NCBI GenBank assembly: GCA_003971905.1
Contig: RSEE01000061.1
Span: 186,001-250,000 of the forward strand
DNA: 64,000 nucleotides
Source of the DNA: Moniliella sp. 'wahieum'
Taxonomy: Eukaryota
Direction of reading: 5' to 3'
The translations under genes were made by a program, and so were the position numbers. Positions 49,349-61,608 of this stretch are shown here, piece by piece; the first letter of the stretch is position 1, and each line of letters starts with the position of its first letter. The notes beneath the pieces are model-generated. The model saw nothing but the letters and a program-made list of their open reading frames with translations. It was not told the DNA's origin and ran no database searches.

Positions 49349-49681
49349 ATGGCTCGCATGCGACCCCCTTTTCCCTTCGTTCGCTGCCATTGTTTTGTCC
49401 TTAGCGGTCCACAGCGCTTGAGCGGCGCACTCTTTCCTTGTATCTAGTGTCTACTGCCGTAGTCACTAGGGTCATGTCCCCTCCCACCTTCCAACTCATC
49501 CTCCTCTCTTTGCGCACTTCGCGTATCGAAAACATGTCTCTTGCGACATTTCCACACCATAGTTACCATAGCTGCTACTCCTACAATTGCATTGAACTGT
49601 TGTGCCCGGTCCCAGACCTGCACCTAAGCAGGCGTTTTGCCACAGAAGGGCTGGGAGGAACATGGATTGCATCGCAGCGTT

Positions 49682-50760
49682 TCAGCTATTGCGAGGTAGG
49701 GCCGTGTCCACCATCACGTCGGAGGGGCCAGTGTCGCTCGCAGCAGCGTCCTTGCTATCCGCCTGGGCTACGCCCAAAGTCGCGGCCAAATGATTGTACC
49801 TCTCCTTGATCGCCGCCAACTTTTCTTGAACACTCCGCTGCTCCGACTCGGTAGGGGGGATGGTGGCTTGGAGGTAATCGGACACCCAAATTCCAAGGAG
49901 GGAAAAACTGGGCAGGTGGTTCGTCAGTCCATTACTCGGCCTTGTGTGGGGAGAGATAGAGGGAGGGGGGGGGGACGTACGAGTCAAGGCGCCAGCAATA
50001 ACAAGCCGTTCTTCGGCCTTCAAAGCCATCCAGGATTCGCGGATCGAGCGTTCCTCGTTGCCCTTGCCAAACAGTTTGCGCCAGACCAGGACAAAAGGCC
50101 GGAAGGGGAAAAGGAGGACGCGCTTGAGGGGGACCATGACCCGGTCCACTTTCTTCTTCCGTTCCTCAATCACCAGTGCTTCTTGCTGTTCCCGCTCCTT
50201 ACGCAACCGGGCGCGGATAGCAGAAGTAGGTATGCCGGCGGGACGGCGGACGCGCTGAACAGTGTCCGGAGATGGACTGAGTTCCCCAATTGGAGCCCCT
50301 TGGGCCGACTCGTATTCAACCCCGCCAGCTCCTTGGGAGGCTTTTGGATACGCGAGGGAATGGGCGGTGGTTTGCGTAGGATGTTAATTTCCTTCTTGTC
50401 CTGGTCCAGGCGGTACTTGACCTCTGCGTCATCCACCACGGCTGGCTGGTCGTGGCTTTGGTCTTGGCCCTGCGACGCCTTGGGGACCCGGGTAGACGAG
50501 GATGAGGCAGTCGCATCCCCTTCAGTGGATCGCTGGGGGTCCCCGGAGGGGGGCTGTCTGTCCGCGGGGGCGATCGCGGCGTCTGCTTTGAGGGGCCGTT
50601 GACAGGGCGCTTGGGTGGCTTGGGAACTTTTGGGGGAGGCGCGCGTACCACGGCGGAGTGGTGCATGCCTTGGCGGAGGAAGACGGGCGTGGGGGCGAGG
50701 GGCACCCCCACACGCGCAGTCCACTCCGCGTAATGGAGCGCGAAGGACAGATACAGACAT
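49682..50760 (-). CDS. Hypothetical protein, possibly membrane/mitochondrial (intron 49908-49980)
   Basis: Overlapping ORFs 50170-50862 and 49682-50206 with Arg-rich N-terminus, hydrophobic patches and a GTACGT..CAG intron. Confidence 0.45.
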
Positions 50761-50954
50761 CGCCGTCGCTGCTGAGCGCTGTTGGAGGCAGTGCCGAGCA
50801 CGAAGAAGGATCTGGGGGAGGCGCCTGGCTGACAGAGGCCATCCAGCCATCCAGTCATCCATCAGCCAAGCTCATGCATCATACATCCTACCTGGTCTGG
50901 TCTTCAAGAGGACAGCTGGGATCAATGTACCTGGACAGGGAATGAAATGTATCC

Positions 50955-51048
50955 CTCTCCTTAGCTCAGTTGGAAGAGCGTCAGATTGTAATTGGTCGTA
51001 TGGAGTCCTCCGCTCTGAATGTCCTGGGTTCGACTCCCAGAGGGGAGA
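50955..51048 (+). tRNA. tRNA-Tyr (GUA) with ~21-nt intron (50992-51012)
   Basis: Acceptor CTCTCCT/AGGGGAG, D-arm GCTC/GAGC, anticodon stem TCAGA/TCTGA, GTA at 50988, T-arm CTGGG-TTCGACT-CCCAG. Confidence 0.95.
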
Positions 51049-51056
51049 TTTTTTTT
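51049..51056 (+). terminator. Pol III terminator (T8)
   Basis: T run immediately after the tRNA discriminator base. Confidence 0.85.
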
Positions 51057-51398
51057 GGCAAGTTACCGTTCTTGGTTCTGAATCCAGACCACTGCACCTC
51101 CGGCCGATGGCAAACCCATCGGAGCTCTGGCCTCATGTCCAGCCGATTCACAGTAGCTTGTGGAGCAAATTGGGCACCCCAACCCTTCATGCCCCAAAAG
51201 GGTTGCTTGTCATCCCCGGATGTTTCTAATTGAGAGTCGCCATCGACCGTTCTCTCCACAGGCATCCTAACTTCCTCACCTGAACAGACAAGCTGCGTGG
51301 CAACTACATGGCATAACCATTTTCTCCATGGGCACACTGTGTATATATGGATTCAGAGTGCACAGGGTAATGGATGCACACAAGAGGGTAGGGGCAAA

Positions 51399-52537
51399 TC
51401 AAGTGAACGCATCGAACGCCTTCTTGAGGAAGCCTTTGGCATGCGGGTGCTTGGGCCTGGGATGGCCATTTGCGGCAGCAACCCGGTCAGCCTCCTCGTC
51501 GGTCACTCCGTCCTGGGCCTCAAACCCTAGGCGCATGCGGTGGTGGTACACAGGGTGGGTCGGGAAGACCGGGTGGCCATCCGAGTCGAAATCGATCCGC
51601 TGAACCGACATGCAGCGGCCACCCTTGCAGTCCAAGGTCTTGTGCGAGTGAAAGACAAGGAAATAATTACCATCGTTGGCCCGGAGCGCGCACTGTCCAC
51701 CAGGCCCAACGATGCCACGGCCAAAGTCGGTCTCGAGGAAAGGGTGGCGCGACTGGGTAAACGGCCCATAAACGTTCTTGGACGTGGCGTATCCAATCTT
51801 GTAGTCGTTCTCTGTAAATGTGCCCGAGGAGAAGAAGCACACGTACGTTCTCGTCGGTTCGTGGTAAATCATGTGCGGCGCCTCGATCAGCCCCGTGGTC
51901 CAGGCCTCTTGTGCCTCCAAGAGACCACGCCGTTCGGCGACAAAGGTGATCCCATCTTCCGACAATTCTTGGATCCAGATCTGAGGGCCAGGCCCACGCA
52001 TGTGCGAGTAGTCGTTCTTATAGAGAAGGAATCGCTTGCCCGACTGAGGGTCATAAAAGCAGCAGGGATCAATCGTGCCACCAGTCTGACCCTGTCATGA
52101 TACGCGTCAGGAAGGGCGTTCGAAAGTCAACGCGAGGAAGTGGGACGTACGTAGCTGGCGATGGGGCCGTTGGAGACAAAGTAGAACGGACCGAGGGGAG
52201 AATTGCTAGAGTAGGCCACCCCAATCGCCATTTTGTCGGTTGAGTTGTCATGGCACGCAAGGTACATGAGGTAGCCAGGACGCCCACCGGGGGCCTCCAC
52301 AACATCCGGCGCCCAGAAGAAACCAGGCTTGCCGGTCCAATAAGGCCAAGGAGGCCCCGGAAGCGCATCGTTGGGCTGAACATGCCAGGACATCATGTCG
52401 GGCGATTCACTGACCTGGATGTTCTTGCCCGCACCATTGGTTGCGTAGCTGTAGTACTTGTTGGTCTTGCGGTCGTAGAAGACACCTGGGTCAGGCCAGT
52501 CGATGTCGATAACTGGGTTCTCGTAAGTCAGAGTCAT
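51399..52537 (-). CDS. Glycoside hydrolase family 43 (intron 52092-52150)
   Basis: ENPVIDIDWPDPGV; FWAPDV; IGVAYSSNSPLGPF; IDP; LIEAP; YKIGYATSKNVYGPF; VGPGGQ. Confidence 0.9.
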
Positions 52538-53295
52538 CCTACACGGATGGCAGCGATGGTATCAGGAAACGGGGTGATGGTGGGTAGAAAGGAGGCTGGG
52601 ACTCTGGTTGAGTCACGCGCGACTGTGGTCGCCGAGTCGACGTTTTGGAGCGAGCTAGCTTGGTGGCACACAGGGCAAGACGGGAGGCCGATATCTATCT
52701 GATTGGATCGCTGTGGGCGAGTGCCGGCAAGGTGCGCTGCGCACAGACGCATCAGCGGCTGAGCGATGATCGATGATCCGCCACAAGCTGCAACAGCGGC
52801 TGTGCAGGGCGTTGAAATTGCAAGTGACGCATGCCACCGCCCAGGGGATACCATCCCCTCGGCACCTACACGCGCAGTTTTGCACCAGGAAACCAAGAGG
52901 GTGGGTGCTGCTCTTGTTCGTTTCACATCGTGGGGCCGGCGTGGCTCGGACCTGCTCGGGCGCAGTTTGCTGCCCAAACAGCAGCCCTGTTGGGCCCAGC
53001 CTGGCGTCGATGACAAATGTACAGGGGGCAATGGGCACAGCGGCAGTGTGCCATCGCCGGCGGACCCTTTTTCAGCAGGAGTCAGCACATCACCCATCAG
53101 CGTCAGCCCTCGGCACTGCGCGCTGAGCCGCTGTGCCTGCGCTGCTCCAGGCTACCCGCCTGTTGGGCCCCGGCTTTATCCGGCAAAGCACTCCGCCCAA
53201 CCCTAATGCCTCTGTGTTCAGTAGCCCCGGCGGGAGGAGGCGTGCTTTGTCCTCGCTGCCAGTGACCACCACCACCATCCCTTGGGCACTTCCTC

Positions 53296-54090
53296 ATGCC
53301 GTTTTCCTTGACGCCCGTAACACCGCCTCTGCGCACCATTCTCTCGCGCCCGCGGATTATTGCCAGGTACGGCGTATGCCCTACCTGTCGCGCCCTGTCC
53401 ACCGGCACCGCCCTGGCCTCGGGTCGGCCAGCATCGTCCTCGCCACCCGGCAATGCCGGCGCTCACCACGGCTCTGAGCGCAAGCTCATGTCCCAAGCTT
53501 ACCCTAAGCCCACGCTTCCTCCCCTCGCTTCGATGCTGTCCCATACCGCGCCACCCAAGGGCGAGATGCCCCCCGGTCTTGGTGGACCCTCCAAGGGCCT
53601 CACTCCACCTTTGCCCCCCAGTCCTTTTATGCCGCGCACTCCTTCCGCTCCAACCAGGGAGCCTGGCGCACCTACCCTCTCTTCTTCTCCTGCATCCGAT
53701 ACGGAGCGGCCACATCGGCTCCGGCAACTGGCCGCAAGTTCCGGGCCCGCAAGGCAGCCTTAACGTTGACCCCAACAGCGGTGGTGCATCTACGGGCGCT
53801 GGCAGCGCCTACGGTCGCTGCGCCACAGGGGCGACTGATCCGCATTGGCGTCCGCAACAAGGGTTGTGCAGGCTTGTCGTATCACCTTGAGTATGTCTCG
53901 CCGGACGAGGTGGGCAAGTTTGACGAAGTGGTCCAACAAGACAACGTCAAGGTGTTGATTGACTCGAAGGCGCTCTTCTCAATCATTGGCTCCGTCATGG
54001 ACTGGAAAGAGGACAAGCTTAATGCTAAGTTTGTCTTTGACAATCCCAACATCAAGGAGGCGTGGCTGCGGCGAGTCCTTCTTGACCTGA
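53296..54090 (+). CDS. ISA1: A-type Fe-S assembly protein Isa1 (start uncertain; frameshifts)
   Basis: IRIGVRNKGCAGLSYHLEYV..KFDEVV..VLIDSKALFSIIGS.MDW..FDNPNIKEA(C)GCGESF. Confidence 0.92.
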
Positions 54091-54503
54091 GCGGGTTGCC
54101 GGCTGGGCCCTAAGGCCCGATTGATTGTTGCATACGCCCACCCTCTGTTGGCCTCCTCCCGCACTGTGCTACATGGACGTGCATTCACTTGTCTTCTGCT
54201 CGCTTTTCCACAACCCTGTACCTCCGCACTGACTAGATTTTCGTTGCCATCACTCTGTTGCCGGTGGGTGGCCTTGGTTGATAGTCGCTAGGACGTTAGC
54301 ATGTGGACATGAGAATTGTTGTGGCGGCCTGTGCTGGTTCCGAATGGGATCAGGTGTGGCAGTTGGGCCGATGGCAATGGCGGAATGGTTAATTCCGCTT
54401 GCCTCGCAGCCATCATACACCACCCATTACTAGTGATGGGTGATGCCTCTCCGGTTCGACTGTCCAAGTAATGCGTTGGGCATCGCTAAACGACTTGCGA
54501 CCA

Positions 54504-55226
54504 ATGGCTACCCAAGCCCCAGACGCAGCGGCACCTGTGCCCACCGAAGGCGGCGCTCTTGTTGCCCCACCACCACCTCCGCCCGGTCCCGTGCCAGCAG
54601 AGCTGCCCTTGGCCTATCTTGCTCCCCGTGGCGCCCTTCCGCCGCCACGTAAGGTGAATGGAGCTTTGGATTTGCTGGGTGTCTTTGGCCTGGTCCCGCT
54701 GTACAAGGAGCATGTGAGACCCTATCTTCGTCTCCGCCCACCTCCCGCGGGGGTGACGCCGCCGCCAGAGGAGGACAAGGGGATGACCGAGCTCGCTTCC
54801 CCCCACCTGGGCGCATTTTGTTCCGGATCTCCCGGGCCGAGCTGGGCCAAGCAAGGTTGCCGCTCGTGCTGCCCGCCGTGCGGCGACCCAAGCTCCTCAC
54901 GAAGAACCCCAGGGTCTGACTCCGGCTCAGGCCGCTCAAAAGGCCGATCCGGACGCTGGCGCTTTTCGCTCCATCCTGTTCAAGCCAGAGACGACCATTC
55001 GCCAACCTGTGCCGCTCGGACGCGACTTGTTAGATGCCTTCCGCGTTCCTGTCGGACCTGCCCCTCAGCTGGGCCCGACGCACCTCTTGCATCCAAGTCA
55101 GCGTTCATCGATCGAGACCGTTTGCTCCCGGACGAGCCGGAAGACGAGCCACGGCGTCGCCGTACCAAAAGGAGAAGAGACGACGCCATCGTCGCACCTG
55201 GAGCAACCAAACGTCCACGAACGTGA
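54504..55226 (+). CDS. MED19: Mediator subunit Med19-like (frameshifted)
   Basis: YL.P..GALDLLGVFGLVPLYKEHVRPY, F..DLPG, basic C-terminus. Confidence 0.65.
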   Translation: MATQAPDAAAPVPTEGGALVAPPPPPPGPVPAELPLAYLAPRGALPPPRKVNGALDLLGVFGLVPLYKEHVRPYLRLRPPPAGVTPPPEEDKGMTELASPHLGAFCSGSPGPSWAKQGCRSCCPPCGDPSSSRRTPGSDSGSGRSKGRSGRWRFSLHPVQARDDHSPTCAARTRLVRCLPRSCRTCPSAGPDAPLASKSAFIDRDRLLPDEPEDEPRRRRTKRRRDDAIVAPGATKRPRT

Positions 55227-55806
55227 GGTACTGCCCGCAACTATACGACTACCCCCACATCCTCCATTCCTGGTAGGCGTACCTCCGGCTCGCACAGGTG
55301 AACAGAGTGGGGAGCGGATGTGTTCAAGGCTAGTAGGCTAGTAGAGCATCATTACGCAGTCAGCATTGAGACACCGAGAGGACAGAGTAAAACGCCCCTT
55401 GTAGTGGAGGTGGTGACCGGTAACTAAGGTTGGCCAGCGCGAAACGAGCCCCTGAAGGCATGGCGCTATTGAGTGGATGGTAGTGATTTGGCCAGTCGGC
55501 CGGCATCAGTGGGATCTGAGGGAGGTGCACGCAGCCCAGGCGGTGGTAACTTGCATGACATGTGACACACTGCACGTGACGTGTGACATGTGGCACGCAG
55601 AGCGATCCATTGCACATTGTCATAGGCAGGACGCATATGAATGGTGGCCCCAACTCCGGATACTGCGGCCGTGCGTGCTCCAATGGTGAATGTGGTCAAT
55701 TCATGTCATGCATGTCACTGCTAGAAGCGCCGGATTGAATAAGGGTTTGTTTGTGTGGTCATGCTGTACCCTCACCCTTTCTCTCTCAACCACTTGTAGA
55801 TTTCGC

Positions 55807-57346
55807 ATGCTTCGGCACCTGCCCTCATCGCTTCGCGGCATCAGCCCAACCACCCTTCGTGGCTTCTGCACCCGCACGGCCCCTGCATTCAAGCCAGAAG
55901 TGTACTCGGCCGCGCCGGCACCTGCCTTCCCCGCCCGAGCAGCGCCGGGGGAACCGTCGCGCTTTGCCACGGGGCTGTCGCCCGCTGTGTGGGGCGAGAC
56001 CCAGCGTGGGCAGGACGTCTGGTCGCTCTTTTCCCCCGCCCCTTCCCGATGCAATCAACTTGGGCCAGGGGTTCATGTCCTTTGGTCCATCGCCGTTGGC
56101 TGCCGATGCGTTGGTCGAGGCGGCCCGGCCGGGCAGTGGGGCCCACCAATACGCCCCCCCCAAAGGACGAGTGGACCTGCGGCAGCGGCTCGCGGAACGC
56201 TACACACCCTCCCTCCTACCACCGTGCGATGCCAAGGGGGATAAGCAGTCTGCTGCGCGAGCCGTGTTGAGCGGTACGAGGCCCGCCAAGCGCTTGTCCG
56301 GACGCTCCATCGACCCCGAGACCGAGGTCTTGGTCACGGCCGGTGCCAACGAAGGCATGTATGCCGCATGTGTGGCGCTCCTAGAGCAAGGCGACGAGGT
56401 GGTGCTTCTGGAGCCTTACTTTGACCAGTATGTACCTCAAATCCTCTTCTCGCACGGGAAGCCCGTGTTTGTGCCCTTGCAACCGGCTCCCTCGGGTACT
56501 CCAGACGCACCTGCCAGTGCCAACGACTGGACGATTGATTGGGACGCGCTCGAGGCTGCGTTTGCGCGGCCGAGGGCCAAAATGCTCATTTTCAATTCGC
56601 CCCACAACCGATCGGCAAGGTGTTTACCACTGCCGAGCTACAACAGCTCGCCCATCTGGCAATCAAGTACGACATGGTGGTCTTGTCGGACGAGGTCTAC
56701 GATGCATTGGTGTTTGACGACCAGTCCCACGTGCCCCTAGCGTCGATCGAAGGCATCTGGGAGCGCACCCTAACCGTCGGCTCGGCGGGCAAGACGTTCG
56801 CCGCGACAGGGTGGCGAGTAGGGTGGGTAGTGGGCGCAGCCAACTTGGTGCAAGCCACCATGCTCGCACAGACGCGTATTGTCTTTTGCGTCAATGCGCC
56901 CGCCCAAGCGGCGGTGGCAGCGGCACTGACCAAAGACGGAGGGGAGGCCAGTACGGCGTTCCTAGCCCAGCAGCTGGAAGAGTACACGGGCCGGAGGGAG
57001 CGGCTGATGGGCGCGTTGCGCCGGCTCGGAATTCCCCACTGGGTCCCAGCGGGCGCCTACTTTATCGTGGCGGATCTGAGCAACGTCCACCCGCCTGAGG
57101 ACTGGACTGCGCCTGCCCATGTGCCCCCCGTTTGGCCCGGCCTGGTTTGTGGCTACCACAACAGGCGTGGTGGGCATTCCTGTATCGGCGTTCACTCGGC
57201 CTGGGGATGGCTCGATGGGCTCGCTGCCGCCGGCAGATCTGAGCAAGTTCATGCGCCTGTCATTTTGCAAGCGCGAAGACGAATTTGCCGAAGCTGAGAA
57301 ACGGCTTGAGCGCTTGCGGCCGTACATTCGGATGTGTGAAAGATAA
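55807..57346 (+). CDS. BNA3: Class I PLP aminotransferase, kynurenine aminotransferase-like, with putative mitochondrial presequence
   Basis: DVWSLF; AINLGQGFM; HQYAPPKGR; VLVTAGANEG; EPYFDQY; FNSPHN; SDEVYD; TVGSAGKTFAATGWRVGW; RLSFCK. Confidence 0.92.
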
Positions 57347-58898
57347 ACAAATGAATACGGAGCTGGCGCATCCTTGTGGGGCTGCTGGTGCGTTGCCCGC
57401 CGTTGGCTGGGCACCGGGCACCGTCGATAATAGGATCGATAGAATAACTTGGATGGTAGTCGATGGCCGTTGCACGTTTGCCTACACTCTCGGTCCCACG
57501 TCACGGGTCACGATGTTCGTGAACGGCGGCCTCGCCGGTGACCGGTGACCGGTGACCACTCGATCGTGGGGGTCATGGTGTCATCGATGTCATCGCTTGC
57601 CAGGACCTAAGTCCCATACACCAACACGCATGAATGAGGCGCTCCTGAGGCCTCACAATGAACGAAAGACCAACGCAGCTGGGCTGCTCTCAGGCTGGGC
57701 GCGACTGGGGAGCATGCCCATTGCATATTGCGGCTCGCTGGCGAACCATGAATCATGCATCATGCACACGCACAGGCCGGGCCACACGGGACGGGTGATA
57801 TGGCTGCTGCGCTGTCGCAGCATTGCCTGGCATGGCGTCATGCATCATGCATCATGCATGCCACGCCAATTGCATCCCACGCGCCGCCAGACACGTGTTC
57901 CCAGCCGCGGCAGGCACTCGCACGCAGCAGCTGGCACGTCGGGCACATCTCTTGGCGCGAGGCACAGCACCAGTCAGCTTGGCCCCGCCCCCACAGCGCG
58001 AGTTCGACGAGCAGGAGCCTAACGTGCGCTGCGCCCGCCGCACCCCGCCAGTGTCCAGCGCGCAGCCAGCGCGTTGGAAATTGACATTGAGCTCATTGAA
58101 TGCATTGAATGCTGAGCGAGCGCTTGCGCTCTGCCTGTGCCCTGGCACTGCTCTGCCAAGCGGGGCAGAATCCAACCGCACCAAGCACTCGAGCCGCATG
58201 GGCACGCAGGCAGCCCCGGCATCATGCATCATGCACCATGCATCATCCCACCGGCCGCCTGAAGCAGTGCGCGCCTGCGCTCACGCGCTCACGCTCCAGC
58301 GCCACTGGGCACTGGCAGCCCAAATCTTAATGACTGCCGAGAGCAGCAGCGCAGGTGCTGTGCTGGCACAGGGCAGTGCTACCTAGCAACTAGCAACTAG
58401 CCACTGACACTCACCGGTCGTCGGTCATCGGTCACACCGCTTACGTGGTGCAGGTCCGCCGGCACCGGGGCGTCCAAGCGTGTGCTGGGGGGCGCCAACG
58501 CTCGCTCGCACTCGTGCGCGGTGGGGCGGGGCACTGCAGGGCACAGGGAGGCCCTGCAGAGCTGCACTGCACCCGGCAGGTCCACGCTGGATGGAGCGCC
58601 TGTTGCAGGATGCATGACGGGCGCTGTGGGCCAGCGCTGGGATCATCGATCGGCGATCTGCGATCTGCGTCTGAGAGGGGCGCCTGCGCTCGCAGCGGGG
58701 CATGGCTCGGCGTCTGGGCCTCTGAGCGCTGGGCATCTGAGCGCTGACCCTGAGCGGCGTGCTGCTAGGCACACACGCAGGCTGCCTGCCTGCATGCTCC
58801 TCCCGCCTTGCTCGGCCGCCGCAGAGCCCAGCCCACTGCCAGTCCGCCCTGCCACCACCACCACCACCCTCCCCCTCCCCCCGTCTGTCGTGCTCCCC

Positions 58899-61608
58899 AT
58901 GGCCGCCGCCATGGCCTCCTCCCCGCCCAGCTCCTCCGCTGTGGCCCCCGCCGCTGCGCCCAAGCCCCGCCCCGTCAACCCCCTGGTCGACCTGCTCGCC
59001 ACCGAGGACACCCACGCCGCCGCTCTCGCCGCGCTCGTTCACAATGTCGCCCGCGCCTGGTCCCGCTCCCACCCCCCCCACGAGTGCTCGATGCCATGTT
59101 CCGCGCCGTCGAGGGCCTGGCCCGCGCCCACCGCGCCTTCTTTACCGAGCTCACCGCCATCGGACCCCGACCTGCCTCGCCCAAGGCCCTCGGCGATTTG
59201 CTTATGCGGTGGGTGGATGACATGGACCGGCCCTACACCCGTTTCCTTGCCGTCTATGCCGCTCCCCTCGATCCACTCCCCGGTGTGGCCGACAACCCAC
59301 GCGTGGCCTCCCTGCTGGCGCAGTGCACCCCAATCCTGCCCCCCCACTCTCTCGATGCAGCGTTTGCCCTGCCGCTGGCCCGGCTAGGGTATTACAAACG
59401 CCTCTACGCACGCCTCCTTCGGTCCACCCAGCCAGGCCGATCCGATCATCGCCTGCTTGTCGTTGCCAATGCAAAGCTCGACGCCTTGCTTGAACAAGCT
59501 GACCAAGCTCGCCACCGGCAGCCTGCGTCCAGCGAGGAGGACCGAAGGACGAGCAATGCTGCGTCCAGTCGCTCGCCCGCTCGGCTGCCAGCAGCCAAGC
59601 CTTCAACTCCAGCGTGGCTCATAGCAGTGCCAGCTCAATGACTCCCCCCTCTCCCCAGCCAACGGCCCGTGGAAGCCCGCTCAAACAGGCACGTCTCCTT
59701 CCCCAGTGCCCTCTGCCCCTCCCACGGACGAAGCTAGCTTCCCCAATCCATTCCCTCAGCCTTCTCCCCCTGTCGGTCCTGCCTCAGCCCCTGCTCCCGT
59801 CCATGCACACTCGCCAGCGCCGAGTCCTCAGCCTGGCCTTCCATCTTCGCTCAATAATGGACCGCGTGCCACCTCCCCTCAATTGGCGCCATTGCCCACT
59901 TTTGGTTCCTTGTCGCTGGACCCGACGCCCGACCCACCCAGGCCCGAGTCGCCTGCTGGCCTTGCGACCCGCCTCCAAGCTGAGCTAGACACTTCTCACA
60001 CGTTGGACCTTTTTACTCTGCAGCCGAAAGCGTGTGCACTGCACCTGGCTCGACCGGACCTGCCGTTTGAACGTCGGTTACGCGCCGCTAACAATGTGTC
60101 GATCTCCCTCCTGCCTCGAGCTGGCTCGGCAGCTGCTGGGGGCAAAGGTGCCGAATGGGCCAACGCCCATGCCATCTTGCTCACCGATCTGTTTTTGCTT
60201 GCTACCAATTTGTCCCCCGACGAGCAGGCAAGGAATCAGCAGCAGGGCCGCCCACACGCTCTCTTCTCTTCCCTCCTTTGACAGGAAAACATCTCACCAA
60301 CGTTCCGCCTCCGCTTACACCCAGGGCGAGGAGGTGGTGGCCCTCACCGTCCTGGGCAAGGAAACCCTTCTGTTGCACTTTGGTCCTCGAGGCGATCCGC
60401 AGGCCGCCCAGAACGCGGCTCATTGGCGGACCGAAATCGAAAATTGTCGGCAGTTTGCATCTAGTCGTACGTATTTCCGACGATCCTTGGTTCTTTTCAC
60501 TAACCCATGTTGGTTTTCCGTTGTAGTCGGTACGGCTCCTCGCAATGGGGCTATGGGCCGAGAGGCGTCGCCAAGTGGACCGAGTACCGGAGGGCCCGTT
60601 CCTTCTGTGCCTCCGAACCTTCGAGTTCAACCACCTCCGTTGGCAACGCCTGCCATCACGCTAGGCCCGCAGCCCATTCCGTCCTCTACCCCAAGCCCAA
60701 TTGCTGCTCCTAGCCCCGTGGGCTTGCTGCTAGATGAGGAACGCCGCTTTACCAATGCCAGCACAGCTTCCTTTTCGTCCTCGCAATCCTTTGCCTTGGC
60801 CCAACCGGGTCCTGCTCCGCCCGCCTGCCCAGTCCGCAACTTTCCACCTCTCCCGGACCTATGAGCCCAGTCAGCCCGATTCGGCCTGGGCAGCCAATAA
60901 CCTTCCCCGGCCCTAGCCTCCAACCTCGGCTTCCTTTGCCGCCGCCTGGCAGCCCAGCTGCGCTTGGAACCGCACCTGCTATGCCCCCGACCCGTTCGGC
61001 TCCTACCAGTCCGGCCGTTGGCGCCCTTCATGGACCTTTTAACCCCGCGGGCCCGCTTGCCCAACGAGCCCCTCCTCGGTCCGCTTCGTCTGACGTCCCC
61101 CCCGTGGCCGGCGCCCAGACCGGTGTGGCCATGCCATCGTCTTTGCTCAAGTCGGGCCAGCTGGCGCAACAAGGCATGGCAAGCCGAAGCGAGATGCTGG
61201 CCGCGGCGTCCGAGCCGCTGTTACCGGGCGAGCGACCGGCCGAGGCAGAAGGAGGCATCAAGTCGACGCGCTTGGTGGCGCAGATGCGATCCAAAGTGTT
61301 TTCTTCGTGCCGGGTCGGGATGGAAACCGCTCGGTCAGGCGCAGGTCAAACTGTTTGCCCTGGCCCGTGCGGGCGTGGCATCCGAGGTGCCCGCACGTCA
61401 ACTCGTCGCCCAGGGGAAGTCCAAAACCCTCATTTCCACCCTCGTCTTGCCCGATGGCGGAGCGCAGCGCATGGGTCGCACGGGCTTGGCCGTCGAGTGT
61501 TCCCATGAGGGCATGCGGACTGGTGTCGTCTATCTCCTCCAGCTGCGATCGGAAGCAAGTGCCGATGGCCTGTACGCGGCCATCATGGAAGATGCCGGGG
61601 CCAAGTGA
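58899..61608 (+). CDS. DH (RhoGEF-like) domain protein with Pro-rich linkers and PH-like domains (intron 60467-60526; frameshifts)
   Basis: NPLVDLLATED; LDAMFRAVE; LGDLLMRWVDDM; LPLARLGYYKRLYARLLRST; ILLTDLFLL; C-terminal WKPLG..RMGRTGLAVE..VYLLQL. Confidence 0.7.
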
